Shown here: positions 29,240-37,473 of the stretch, one piece after another | Position numbering within the stretch: position 1 is the first letter of the stretch | How the letters are laid out: each line of letters opens with the position of its first letter | Origin: Gemmatimonadota bacterium | GTDB lineage: Bacteria; Gemmatimonadota; Gemmatimonadetes; Gemmatimonadales; GWC2-71-9 | Length of the DNA stretch: 64,000 nt | Assembly: GCA_025358055.1 (NCBI GenBank) | Contig: JANYKV010000090.1 | Span: 1,075-65,074, forward strand | Reading direction: 5' to 3' | Notes under the pieces: generated by a model | The model's database searches: none | Told to the model about the DNA's origin: nothing | The model's input: only the letters and a program-made list of their open reading frames with translations | Program-made: the position numbers and the translations under genes

Positions 29240-30399
29240 GGTTCCGCGAGCAATCGTTCGACCGCGGTCCGGAATTCCACTACCTGTGCCGTTTGCAACG
29301 CCCCCGTCGCCGCGCCGACGAATCCGGCGTGCACCCGACGGATCCGACCGTCCTTGCCAATGAACAGGGTGGTCGGATAGGCCGTGAAGCCGGAGAGCTG
29401 CGGCAGCGTCGCCGCCGTGGCCTCCACGTCGTTCAGGCCGGCTCGAAGCAAGAGATAGGGCACGTGGAACTTCTCGCGAAACCGACGAATCTGTCGGTTG
29501 TCGATGCCGCTGTCCCCCGTCACCTCGTAGGCGAAGCCCACGATCTCCACGCCGCGCGCGTGGAACCTGCGGTAAAGCCCCACCAGCATCGGTGCCGCTT
29601 CGTGACAGGTGGGGCACCAGGAGCCAAAGATGTCGATCACGAGCACTTTCCCGGCGAATCGCGGGTCGTCGTTCGAGACCATGCGCCCCGTCAGGTCGGG
29701 GAAGCTCCACCGGAACGGATGAACGGTATCCGCGTGCGTGAGCTCTGTCGGCGGCGTCAGATGGGGGCGGCCCGTGCTTCGTACCGCCGTCCACCTGGTT
29801 TGGGTTCGGAGTCCAGCATGAAGGGTGCCCCGGAGTGTGTCACCATCGAGTCGGCCCGCGATGAGGTAAACAAACGCGCCATCGAAGTGCGCGATTTCGA
29901 AACTGTCGGCAATCGTGGTCCCCCAGAATACGCCGTAGTCACCACTGTTCGCGATGAAGGCACCCTCGAGGCCTCGGGGGGTATTGTGAAATTCCAACAC
30001 CCGCGGACTGGTTCGTGTGTCTTGATAGAAGGTGGCGTCCCAACGTCCGATGAGCTCCGGCGAGGCTGGTGTGGAGGGCCAGCGCCCTTTCGCCGCTCGG
30101 AACGGAATGGTGCGCGGTCCGCGATTGCCGACGTTGCGATAGACTCCGGTCAGGGAATCGGCGTGGATCCGCGCCGTGATGGTCGCGTCGTAGTCGCCGA
30201 TATAAAACCGAGCGGTGTCACCTTGCACGGTAATGGAGGTGATCTCCTGGCAAGACGAACCAATGCAGATCTTCCCCCGGTTGGCGCCATCGACCTCCAC
30301 CGAGAACTTCAAGGTTCCGCCCGCGAGATCGAGAGCCGCCCGCCACTCGCCTTGGAGCGGAACGGCGACGGCCGAGGCAGCGAGGAGCAGGGCGATCAT
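29236..30399 (-). CDS. TlpA-like thiol:disulfide oxidoreductase with about 230-aa N-terminal beta-rich extension
   Basis: GSWCPTCHEAAP lies in the C-terminal thioredoxin fold. Signal peptide MIALLLAASAVAVP. 4-nt overlaps with both neighbouring genes. Confidence 0.75.
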   Translation of the reverse strand: MIALLLAASAVAVPLQGEWRAALDLAGGTLKFSVEVDGANRGKICIGSSCQEITSITVQGDTARFYIGDYDATITARIHADSLTGVYRNVGNRGPRTIPFRAAKGRWPSTPASPELIGRWDATFYQDTRTSPRVLEFHNTPRGLEGAFIANSGDYGVFWGTTIADSFEIAHFDGAFVYLIAGRLDGDTLRGTLHAGLRTQTRWTAVRSTGRPHLTPPTELTHADTVHPFRWSFPDLTGRMVSNDDPRFAGKVLVIDIFGSWCPTCHEAAPMLVGLYRRFHARGVEIVGFAYEVTGDSGIDNRQIRRFREKFHVPYLLLRAGLNDVEATAATLPQLSGFTAYPTTLFIGKDGRIRRVHAGFVGAATGALQTAQVVEFRTAVERLLAEP

Positions 30400-31232
30400 G
30401 AAGGGCGTACCGGGGGCGAGGAACCCCCGCCGCCAGCATACTTTTCTCCCGCTCGAATCGGCGCGCGCACGCTGTTGCCGCGCCAGGGCGCCGGGCAGGG
30501 GAACGCGGAGCTGTAAGCGCAGAACGGATTTCTCGACCGATTGAAATCGAGGAGATAGCCCCCCCCTCCCGATGCTCCAGGAAGCAGATTCACGAAGCGG
30601 CCCGCGGGGTACGTGTCCTTGTCGTTCGTACCGTCCCGAAAATAAATCTCCAGCTCGGATTCCTCGGTGCCCGCCGCTCCTATCCGTAAAACGCGAAGTC
30701 GAGACTCCACTCCTCCGATGAGAACCGAGACGGTTCCGACCTCCGTCGCATCGACCTCGATGCCATCAGGCCCCAACACACGTTGCACCCGGTTCGAATC
30801 GGTCGAAAGCAGGTGCACTCGAAAAACGAACTTGGGATCATAGGGGAAATAGGTACTTGGATGGGGGCTCTTGGGGGCTGCAGCGTAAATGAGGAGAATC
30901 GTGTGCCCAGCCGGCCCACTCGCAAACAGATGATAGGGCCCGACCGCGATCAGTCGGTTCTTCGGCAGCGGCCGGGAGGCGCCGTTCGCTTCCAAGGTGA
31001 GTGCGTTTCCCCGTTCGACGACCCGCTGGAGGGGCAGGCCGGTGAGGGGAACGTCGCGCCCTCCGTCGCCGATGCTGATACCGGGACCAATTGGCTGCAT
31101 CGCGAGCACCGCGAACGGCGATGTCGGCGAGTGCGCAAGCCAGTCCTGAAACTCGGCTCGCTCGCGAGAGACAGCCGGCTCGGTTTGGGCCTGCGTTCCT
31201 CCGGCCATCGAGAAGAGAAGCGCGACCGCCAA
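30396..31232 (-). CDS. DUF1684 domain protein, secreted
   Basis: C-terminal YPAGRFVNL...LLDFNRSRNPFCAYSSAFPCP is the signature I associate with DUF1684. Signal peptide MAVALLFSMAGGTQA. Confidence 0.7.
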   Translation of the reverse strand: MAVALLFSMAGGTQAQTEPAVSRERAEFQDWLAHSPTSPFAVLAMQPIGPGISIGDGGRDVPLTGLPLQRVVERGNALTLEANGASRPLPKNRLIAVGPYHLFASGPAGHTILLIYAAAPKSPHPSTYFPYDPKFVFRVHLLSTDSNRVQRVLGPDGIEVDATEVGTVSVLIGGVESRLRVLRIGAAGTEESELEIYFRDGTNDKDTYPAGRFVNLLPGASGGGGYLLDFNRSRNPFCAYSSAFPCPAPWRGNSVRAPIRAGEKYAGGGGSSPPVRPS

Positions 31233-31279
31233 CCCCCCGCGCCGAAGCGCTTGCGCTGCGACGCGCTCAATCCTTTTCG

Positions 31280-32050
31280 TCAGGAGGTGGCCACCTTCCC
31301 AAACACCAGGATCGGGGTGGTCGGCTGGAGCGAACCGGCGGCTGGTTCTTCAGTCACCGCGTAGCCGGTGACGCCTTGATCGGTAGGAATGTCGATACCC
31401 TCCGCCAAGAAGCGTCCACTCGGCTCCGGGTTGAACACCTTGGAAGGCACGGGCTTGCCATCCCGGATGAACCAGAGCTGGTATGCCCGCCCGGCGGGCG
31501 CCGGTTTCATCCGGAACGTGTGCATGATGGCGCTATGAGTTTTTCGATTCCAGAAGATCTGCACCACCGGAGGCGCTTCTCCTGTCGTGGTGAGTTGCAC
31601 GAGCTCAACATCGGGCTCCAGAATCGTGTTGAGTGTTTTTTCTCGCCCGGCGAGCTTGGCGGCGGCCGCGGACAAGCGCGCGTCCTGGTCGGTGAGGAGT
31701 TCGCCCTGCTCCCGTACCCTCCGGCCGAGGCCCACGGCCACCAACACGCTGGCGGCAAGCGCGCCGGACAATACCCACGTGAGGACGGGACGTCGCGGTG
31801 AGGAGGTCAGGACGCCCACTTTGGTCGCTCCAACCCGCCCGAGCAGCTGCGTCTTGAGGTTCGGCGAAATCGTTGTCTGTTGTTGCAGGGCCAGGAGCGC
31901 GTTCACCTCGCGATATTCTGCGACCTCCAGGCGCAACTCGGGCGACGACTCGAGCACGGCCTCGAACATCCGGGATTCTTCGTGCGATAGGACGCCGAGC
32001 GCGTAGGCGGCTGCCAATTCGCGGGCCGCTTCCAGAGTGAGGGCACTCAT
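31280..32050 (-). CDS. anti-sigma factor, RskA (anti-sigma-K) type
   Basis: N-terminal helical anti-sigma region, a single TM helix (VLTWVLSGALAASVLVAVGL), and a C-terminal RskA-type domain (RAYQLWFIRDGKPVPSKVF). Its ATG overlaps the sigma stop (32047-32050). Confidence 0.75.
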   Translation of the reverse strand: MSALTLEAARELAAAYALGVLSHEESRMFEAVLESSPELRLEVAEYREVNALLALQQQTTISPNLKTQLLGRVGATKVGVLTSSPRRPVLTWVLSGALAASVLVAVGLGRRVREQGELLTDQDARLSAAAAKLAGREKTLNTILEPDVELVQLTTTGEAPPVVQIFWNRKTHSAIMHTFRMKPAPAGRAYQLWFIRDGKPVPSKVFNPEPSGRFLAEGIDIPTDQGVTGYAVTEEPAAGSLQPTTPILVFGKVATS

Positions 32051-32652
32051 ACGCGGGCCTCCGCGAAATAGGGCCGGAGGGCATCCCGTAGTTTTTGCAT
32101 GCCGAGCCGGACCCGTGTCTTGATGGTGCCTAACGGCTCGTGGAGTCGTTCCGCGATTTCACTTTGCGATAAACCTTCGTAGTAGGCGAGCTCGATGGCT
32201 TGCCGCTGCGCCGGCGAGAGCTCACTCAGCGCTTGAGCAACGTGTCGCCGGCGTTCCTCCTGGTCGATGGCCGCGGCGGGATTGGTGTCCCACCCACCCA
32301 TCGCGGGCGAGGCCTCTGGCTCCGCGGCGGCGGCCGAATCGGCGAGTCGGTGACGCCGCCCTTTCGCCCGGACCAAATCCAAGGCTCGACTGCGCGTTAT
32401 CATCGTGAGCCAGGCGATAACCGAACCCCGCTCACTCTCGAATCGAGTGGCATCTCGCCACATTTGGGCGAAGGCCTCGAGGACCACTTCCTCGGCGTCG
32501 GCGCGCTCCCCGGTGATCCGATAGGCGAGCGCATAGAGCGAGGCGGAGTAGCGATCATACAGGTTGCCGAGGGCGGACTCGATCCCCTGCGCCACTTGCT
32601 GCAGCAGCGCCCGGTCGTTCACCATGGGGGAGGGGAAGGTAGCGTTCGCCAT
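32047..32652 (-). CDS. ECF-type RNA polymerase sigma-70 factor (SigK-like by partner)
   Basis: ORF 32047..32790 trimmed to ATG 32652. Region 2 LYALAYRITGERADAEEVVLEAFAQMW and region 4 HTH LSQSEIAERLHEPLGTIKTRV. Confidence 0.88.
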   Translation of the reverse strand: MANATFPSPMVNDRALLQQVAQGIESALGNLYDRYSASLYALAYRITGERADAEEVVLEAFAQMWRDATRFESERGSVIAWLTMITRSRALDLVRAKGRRHRLADSAAAAEPEASPAMGGWDTNPAAAIDQEERRRHVAQALSELSPAQRQAIELAYYEGLSQSEIAERLHEPLGTIKTRVRLGMQKLRDALRPYFAEARV

Positions 32653-32716
32653 GCGCGAGGGGCGCTCGATGCTCCGAAGTAGAGGACGCGAATAAACCAC
32701 CAGGGCGCCAGCGTGC

Positions 32717-32745
32717 ATTCTATCCACCCCATCCAGTTCCGTCCA
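32717..32745 (-). promoter_or_regulatory. promoter candidate for the sigma gene (TGGACG-N17-TAGAAT, overlapping a GGAAC box)
   Basis: The minus strand reads gTGGACGGAACtggatggggtggaTAGAATgc. Plus attcta is at 32717-22, plus cgtcca at 32740-45, and GGAAC is plus gttcc at 32736-40. It lies about 65 nt upstream of ATG 32652. Confidence 0.25.
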
Positions 32746-32829
32746 CCCTGGCGGGCGGGGGTCAGGTGACTCATCACCCTCATTACGCACGGAACCACTG
32801 CTTGGATGGGTCGGACCTGATGAGAATCG

Positions 32830-33654
32830 TCAGGCGGCTTTCGCAACGGGTGGTTGGGTGAGCACGATCATAGTGCATCCCGTCCGCGACCCCGTGACAC
32901 TATGAGCACTGCCGGCGGGGGCACGGTGGTAATCGCCTGCTTCCAGTAGCCGGCCGCCCGCCTCACAGGAACCGTGCGCTAGGTAGAGTTCCTCCACGCC
33001 GCCGTGCTCATGGTCGGGGAGTTGGCTTCCCGGATCCATTTGAATCACCATCAGCCGCACGTCGCGAGATCGGTTGGCACCCAGCAGCCGCCACCGGATG
33101 CCAGCAGCGAGGGGTTCCCACGCGGCGCCTCGCTCCCACTGGTTCGCCTCCGAGCCAGGTATGCGCTCGGGCCCCCGGACGATGAATAGCGTGGCACCCT
33201 CTGTCGATGATCGCGGTACCGCGCTTTCCGCATCGACTAGAAAAAAGTCATCGGACCCCCACTGGCCACCAGTCGATTCGAGCGTCCCGGACAGGACGTA
33301 GCAGTGCTCGCAGCCGCCTTCACTAACCGCGGGGGACTGTTGGCCTCCGAGCCGGACCACCGCACAGCGATAGGGTTCGTTTCCTTCACGGGGCGACAGA
33401 TCCTTGATCTGCCGAGCTCCATCGGTCGAAGCGGTCCAGGTTCCTTCCGTGGAGCGGAGGAAAAGAAACTGCTCCGCTCGAATGCGTTCGAAGAGACGAT
33501 TCCGGAGCGAGGAATCCGGTGCAGCGGATGGACCCCCCTCGGCCAACGCGGCGAGGGTGTCGCGCGTTTCCGCAAGTTCCCGTGCGCAACGTTCGCATCC
33601 CGCGGCGAGATGGCGCTCGAAGGCTTCGCGGGTCCGCATCCCCGAGGGTCCCAA
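32830..33654 (-). CDS. ChrR-like anti-sigma factor (short zinc-binding N-terminus plus C-terminal cupin)
   Basis: TTG start at 33654. ERHLAAGCERCAREL is H-x4-C-x2-C. The cupin is QLPDHEHGGVEELYLAHG...GDYHRAPAGSAHS. Confidence 0.7.
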   Translation of the reverse strand: MGPSGMRTREAFERHLAAGCERCARELAETRDTLAALAEGGPSAAPDSSLRNRLFERIRAEQFLFLRSTEGTWTASTDGARQIKDLSPREGNEPYRCAVVRLGGQQSPAVSEGGCEHCYVLSGTLESTGGQWGSDDFFLVDAESAVPRSSTEGATLFIVRGPERIPGSEANQWERGAAWEPLAAGIRWRLLGANRSRDVRLMVIQMDPGSQLPDHEHGGVEELYLAHGSCEAGGRLLEAGDYHRAPAGSAHSVTGSRTGCTMIVLTQPPVAKAA

Positions 33655-33723
33655 GGACGTACAGACTGCAATTGTCGTGAAGGTCAGTGTCGGTCTTCAT
33701 AGTAGCGCGTCAGCGCCGCAACG

Positions 33724-33759
33724 ATTATACCAACCGCCCAGTGGACAGACCAGGTTCCC
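33724..33759 (-). promoter_or_regulatory. promoter candidate upstream of the ChrR-like gene (GGGAAC-N17-CGGT overlapping an extended -10 TGGTATAAT)
   Basis: The minus strand reads cGGGAACctggtctgtccactgggCGGTTGGTATAATcg. TATAAT is plus attata at 33724-29 and GGGAAC is plus gttccc at 33754-59. It lies about 70 nt upstream of start 33654. Confidence 0.3.
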
Positions 33760-33799
33760 GTCTTCCCCGATGGCCGACGACTTCCGGCGCTATTTCCAA

Positions 33800-34240
33800 T
33801 CAAGGGAGTGATTTGGGCGCGTCGCCCTTGAGGAAGAGCAAGCTGGCCTGGCGCCCCCCGTATTGCGCCTGCAGGATGTTGATTTGGTCGCCGAATCGGT
33901 CCCAGAGGAGCCGATTGAGAATGCGGAGGTTCGTCAGTCCGCGCGGAGCGTCCAGCATCAATTCGAAGTAGGTCACGTCGCTCTCCACGCGGCGGCGTTG
34001 GAATTGGAGTGGGATGGGTCGCCCGGCGGGGTCGGTAACCAAGAGCCCGGCAAGGAGAAAGCCCCGGATCGCGTCGTCGTTCACCAGGGAAGGAAGGTCT
34101 TGGGAAAAGACCCGCAGGGTCACCGTAGCGATCCCGCGCGTTGCGTCAAGCCGGATCTGCGTGAGACTCGTATGCAACGGATGGCGCAGGTCGCCAAGCA
34201 AGGCCCCGGCTGTCACCAAGGCGAGGATCGGTAAGGGCAT
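33800..34240 (-). CDS. small secreted protein, DUF6702-like
   Basis: After the signal peptide, HPLHTSLTQIRLD opens the protein. The C-terminal LRILNRLLWDRFGDQINIL matches my memory of DUF6702 (H-x-[FL]-H-x-S-x-T...N-x-[IL]LFDxFxxQxNI). The ATG lies 3 nt after the TPR gene stop. Confidence 0.45.
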   Translation of the reverse strand: MPLPILALVTAGALLGDLRHPLHTSLTQIRLDATRGIATVTLRVFSQDLPSLVNDDAIRGFLLAGLLVTDPAGRPIPLQFQRRRVESDVTYFELMLDAPRGLTNLRILNRLLWDRFGDQINILQAQYGGRQASLLFLKGDAPKSLP

Positions 34241-34243
34241 TGC

Positions 34244-35509
34244 TCAGGCGCCCGGTCCGGCTGCGGCGGCCTCGATCGCGCGAGCGTGCCGTTGGAGAAG
34301 CGGGTCCTCCGTCCCAACGGCGAGAGCTTGGTGCATCACGGTTTGAGCCTCCGGGAACCGCGCGCTCTTGTATAGTGCCCACGCCAGGAGGTCGTAGCCG
34401 TAAACGTCACGACGCTCCTGCAATTCCGCTTTCACGTTGGCGAGCACATCAGGGATTCGCCGATTGTGATCCAGGAGATAGAGGCTCCAAGCGCGATGGT
34501 AGGGTCCGAGTTGCGTGGCCACCGCCGTTTCCATCGCGCGGACGTACTCCTCTGCTTTCCCGGTGTCTCCCAAGGTGCGATAGGCATCGCCAACGACGCC
34601 GAGCGTGGCTGGATCCAACGCCTGAGCGATGGCACGTTCGCCGTACTCGATGGTTTCCCTCGCGTCTCCGCGCGTCGCCGCCAACCGCGCCAAAGCCCCC
34701 AGAAGACGCCAATCGTCCGGGGCGACTTGCAACCCGTGGGCAAGGTACATCGTGGCCTCGTTGCTCGCGCCCATGCGCAACGCGAACTCACCGAGCCTCA
34801 GATCGAACCAGGCGACCTGCTCGCTGGGGAGGTCCTCACGGCTGAGGATGGCCCGCCTGGTGTCCGCCAGAAGGCGTCGCGCTTCACCCGCCCGCCCCCG
34901 AAGCTCGGCCCACCGAGCGTAGCGCGGTGCGATGGTGAGCTGGTTTCGAACGACACGTAGGCGGTTGAACAGACTGTCCGCCTCATGGTACCGCCCCAGT
35001 TCTAGATCGATCTCGCCCAGGAGCGCTCGTCCGGTGAGATCGGCATCGTCCGTCGCTGTGAGCGTGAAGGCCGCCTCACGCGCCTCGGCGAACCGATGTT
35101 GCCCCATCAAGCTGTTGGCCAGCAGTCGGTAGCCGGAAGAATTGCTCCTCCGCCGATTCTCGATCGATCGGCGCGCGGCCCGTTCGGCCCGGAGGATGTC
35201 CTCATTGTTGCCGGTCTCCCGGGCGCGCCGTAAGTAGAGACCGCCTAGCTTGGCCAAATCGATCGCTCCGGTCGGGTCCTCCTTCACACGCCGCGCGAAG
35301 AAATCGATGTCGGCATCACGAATTCGACGCTCCTCTCCTCGATGCGCGAGCACCTGCCGGTGGTCGCTTTCCCGTTGACGCCCCTGTTGGACCGAGGCGC
35401 CCACCACAACAGCCAGGAGAATGCAGAACCCAACGACGCCACGCAGTGACATTAGACCTCCGAGCACGGGAAAGCGACGCGCCCCGGACCAGATGGATCC
35501 GAGGCGCAT
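34244..35509 (-). CDS. tetratricopeptide-repeat protein with N-terminal membrane anchor
   Basis: ORF 34244..35707 trimmed to ATG 35509, 5 nt after the upstream stop. Anchor GFCILLAVVVGAS. Multiple TPR-like A/L/Y/G helical pairs follow (YLRRARETGN, GDARETIEYGERAI, GDTGKAEEYVRAM). Confidence 0.7.
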   Translation of the reverse strand: MRLGSIWSGARRFPVLGGLMSLRGVVGFCILLAVVVGASVQQGRQRESDHRQVLAHRGEERRIRDADIDFFARRVKEDPTGAIDLAKLGGLYLRRARETGNNEDILRAERAARRSIENRRRSNSSGYRLLANSLMGQHRFAEAREAAFTLTATDDADLTGRALLGEIDLELGRYHEADSLFNRLRVVRNQLTIAPRYARWAELRGRAGEARRLLADTRRAILSREDLPSEQVAWFDLRLGEFALRMGASNEATMYLAHGLQVAPDDWRLLGALARLAATRGDARETIEYGERAIAQALDPATLGVVGDAYRTLGDTGKAEEYVRAMETAVATQLGPYHRAWSLYLLDHNRRIPDVLANVKAELQERRDVYGYDLLAWALYKSARFPEAQTVMHQALAVGTEDPLLQRHARAIEAAAAGPGA

Positions 35510-35514
35510 TCGGG

Positions 35515-36075
35515 TCAGTTCGGGTTTGCGAGGTAGGGGAAGGTCGGCAGGAACGCGCTGTCGCTCCCGACGTTGTCCGTGGTCAAGCCGGGCGAGACGT
35601 TGTCCGGATCGAGCAGCGAGCCGAAGATGGCCGAGAGACCGGCATCCACAACGTCGTCGCTCAATTTTCGCCCGCCGTACCCATTGGCAAGGGCCCACGT
35701 GAGCCAACCGGCCGTGGTGGGGTCCTTGTCAGTCTGCACGATCAACATGTCGGGCAGCAGTACGCTGGCGAGGGTGTTGGCCATGCTTTGCTTTCGTCCA
35801 CCCACTCCGGTCACGAAGGCCTTGAATTCCGCACCGATGGTGGCGGCGTCGTCGGCCGGGCCGATCGAGGCGTGGGCAGGATGGCTGCGCTTGGCGAGAA
35901 ACACCTCACTCACGAGAGGATTGCCGAGTCGCTGCACTTGGTTGTACATCCTCGTGTCCGAGGACGCACCCGGGTTGCTGACGTTGTCGTTACACGCACC
36001 GGCGCCCACGGCCAGGGCAAGTACCGCCGGTAGGGAGAAGGTCGCGCGAATGGAACGCGGAAAGAATCGGGTCAT
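35515..36075 (-). CDS. lipoprotein resembling the C-terminal half of DUF4331 proteins
   Basis: ORF trimmed to ATG 36075 (GGAGGA 9 nt upstream). Lipobox LAVGAGAC. VQRLGNPLVSEVFL and the C-terminal FLPTFPYLANP resemble the distal part of DUF4331. Confidence 0.55.
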   Translation of the reverse strand: MTRFFPRSIRATFSLPAVLALAVGAGACNDNVSNPGASSDTRMYNQVQRLGNPLVSEVFLAKRSHPAHASIGPADDAATIGAEFKAFVTGVGGRKQSMANTLASVLLPDMLIVQTDKDPTTAGWLTWALANGYGGRKLSDDVVDAGLSAIFGSLLDPDNVSPGLTTDNVGSDSAFLPTFPYLANPN

Positions 36076-36149
36076 TTGCTTGGATCCTCCATCGTTTGAG
36101 TAGTGGAGCGGCGCACTGACTCGCGCGTCGCATTTCACGAAACCAACTA

Positions 36150-36881
36150 TCACCGGCTGATCGTCCCCCAGATGCCGATCTTAGAATTGCCACCGTCGGT
36201 CAACATCGAGGCGGGGAGCTCAATCACGATCGACATGAGGTTGTAACCCGCCACGTAATTCTTGGCTTGCGCCGCCGGCCGGAAGCTCGATGCGGTAGCA
36301 ACGTCCGGAAGCTGGGAGAGCTCGCCCGTTTCGGGCTTGCGGTCCGGGATGACTCGGAAAAACTGTTCCAGGTCAATGAAGAAAGGATCGTCCCTCGGCC
36401 CGGCGAACACTTGGATTCCCGTCGCACTCCCCAAAACAGTATTGATGCTGCCCGTCACGGCCGGGGTTGCGGTGGACACGGTGTTCTGCATTGCGCCGAT
36501 CACGGGGGGAGCGACTGGTCCGCGAACCTCCACCTTCTGACTCGCGCCGGTTCCGGTGAATGTCACCTGGATCACCTTGTCTTCGAGCGCATCGCCCGTG
36601 TTGTCAATCTTGAATTGATACAGGAGGTTGTGGTCGAAGGACGCTCCGGACGTGGCGGCCGGGGTGAGGAATGGATGACTGTTCAACACCAACACAATGC
36701 GTCCCGGTGCGGACCCCGGGAATGCGTACACGTCGGTCATGTCCATTGCCGGGTTGAGTTCCACGTTGGGCGAGTCCTGATGGTCCGAACCGACTAGTGT
36801 GCGCCGGGCTCCGAAGCCGCCGACAAGGAGGACGGCAGCGATCGCAATTTTCTGTCCGCGGGTGAACGAGTGGTGTCTCAT
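36150..36881 (-). CDS. DUF4331 domain protein (N-terminal-half type), secreted
   Basis: Signal peptide, then GSDHQDSP...DMTDVYAF, LLYQFKIDNTGD and GPRDDPFFIDL, which are typical DUF4331 blocks. GGAG lies 9 nt before ATG 36881. Confidence 0.7.
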   Translation of the reverse strand: MRHHSFTRGQKIAIAAVLLVGGFGARRTLVGSDHQDSPNVELNPAMDMTDVYAFPGSAPGRIVLVLNSHPFLTPAATSGASFDHNLLYQFKIDNTGDALEDKVIQVTFTGTGASQKVEVRGPVAPPVIGAMQNTVSTATPAVTGSINTVLGSATGIQVFAGPRDDPFFIDLEQFFRVIPDRKPETGELSQLPDVATASSFRPAAQAKNYVAGYNLMSIVIELPASMLTDGGNSKIGIWGTISR

Positions 36882-37473
36882 ACTATCGATCTCCGGTGCG
36901 AGGGGATGAGAGCCGCTGTGAACCTCCTACGCGGCTCGCCACACATCGGATGTACGCGGCCCGGCGCGCCCCTTGAGATTTGGGGCAGGAATCCATTTGC
37001 CGCCTCGCGGCGTAAACACCGTCGGGCGGAGATCATTGGACCAGCGATCCGCCGGAGACATGTTGATCGAAACACCCTGGGGGGTGGCAGCGCCCGAAAG
37101 TCCCTCTCGCTTCGGTCGCATGGGTGGCGGCGCAAGTGGTCGCCGCCCAAGAACAGCGGGTACCGCGGGGAACCGTTCGGAACGGTGGCGGTTTGCGGTC
37201 CCGCCCCATCGGAGGCCGAGCGGCGAATGACGACAGGAGGGGTCCGGCCCTAGGGTCGACTGTGGCGGAGATCTTCGGTCGGTGGCGCCTCGGGCGCGTG
37301 GGGCTTCTGACCGCGGTTGGATAACCTATTCAACGGGCCATGTAACGAGGCGCAGCTTGCAGCCGCTCCCCGGCTTCGGGGCGAAGCGGAACCGGTGACG
37401 GAACCTCATTTTACGCCGGGGGCGCCACCAAGTGTCCAGGTTGGGGTCCCACTGATCTTCTGACGCGAGGGCC

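Noticed and set aside
29240-29794. A long N-terminal extension of the MFS transporter ORF (185 extra codons). Similar upstream extensions occur in ORFs 1065-1955, 3101-3964, 13146-15008, 32047-32790, 34244-35707 and 43255-44205.
   Set aside because: The extensions are low-complexity and overlap the 3' end of the upstream gene. An internal ATG sits exactly at a stop/start junction (for example the ATGA at 29236-29239) and yields a canonical N-terminus or signal peptide.
37150-37210. GGGGAACCGTTCGGAACGGTGGCGGTTTGCGGTCCCGCC superficially resembles the core of a cobalamin riboswitch (GGGAA..GGTG..CCCGCC).
   Set aside because: There is no B12 box (GCCACTG). It is on the plus strand with no downstream plus-strand gene, and the order and spacing of the elements do not fit the consensus.
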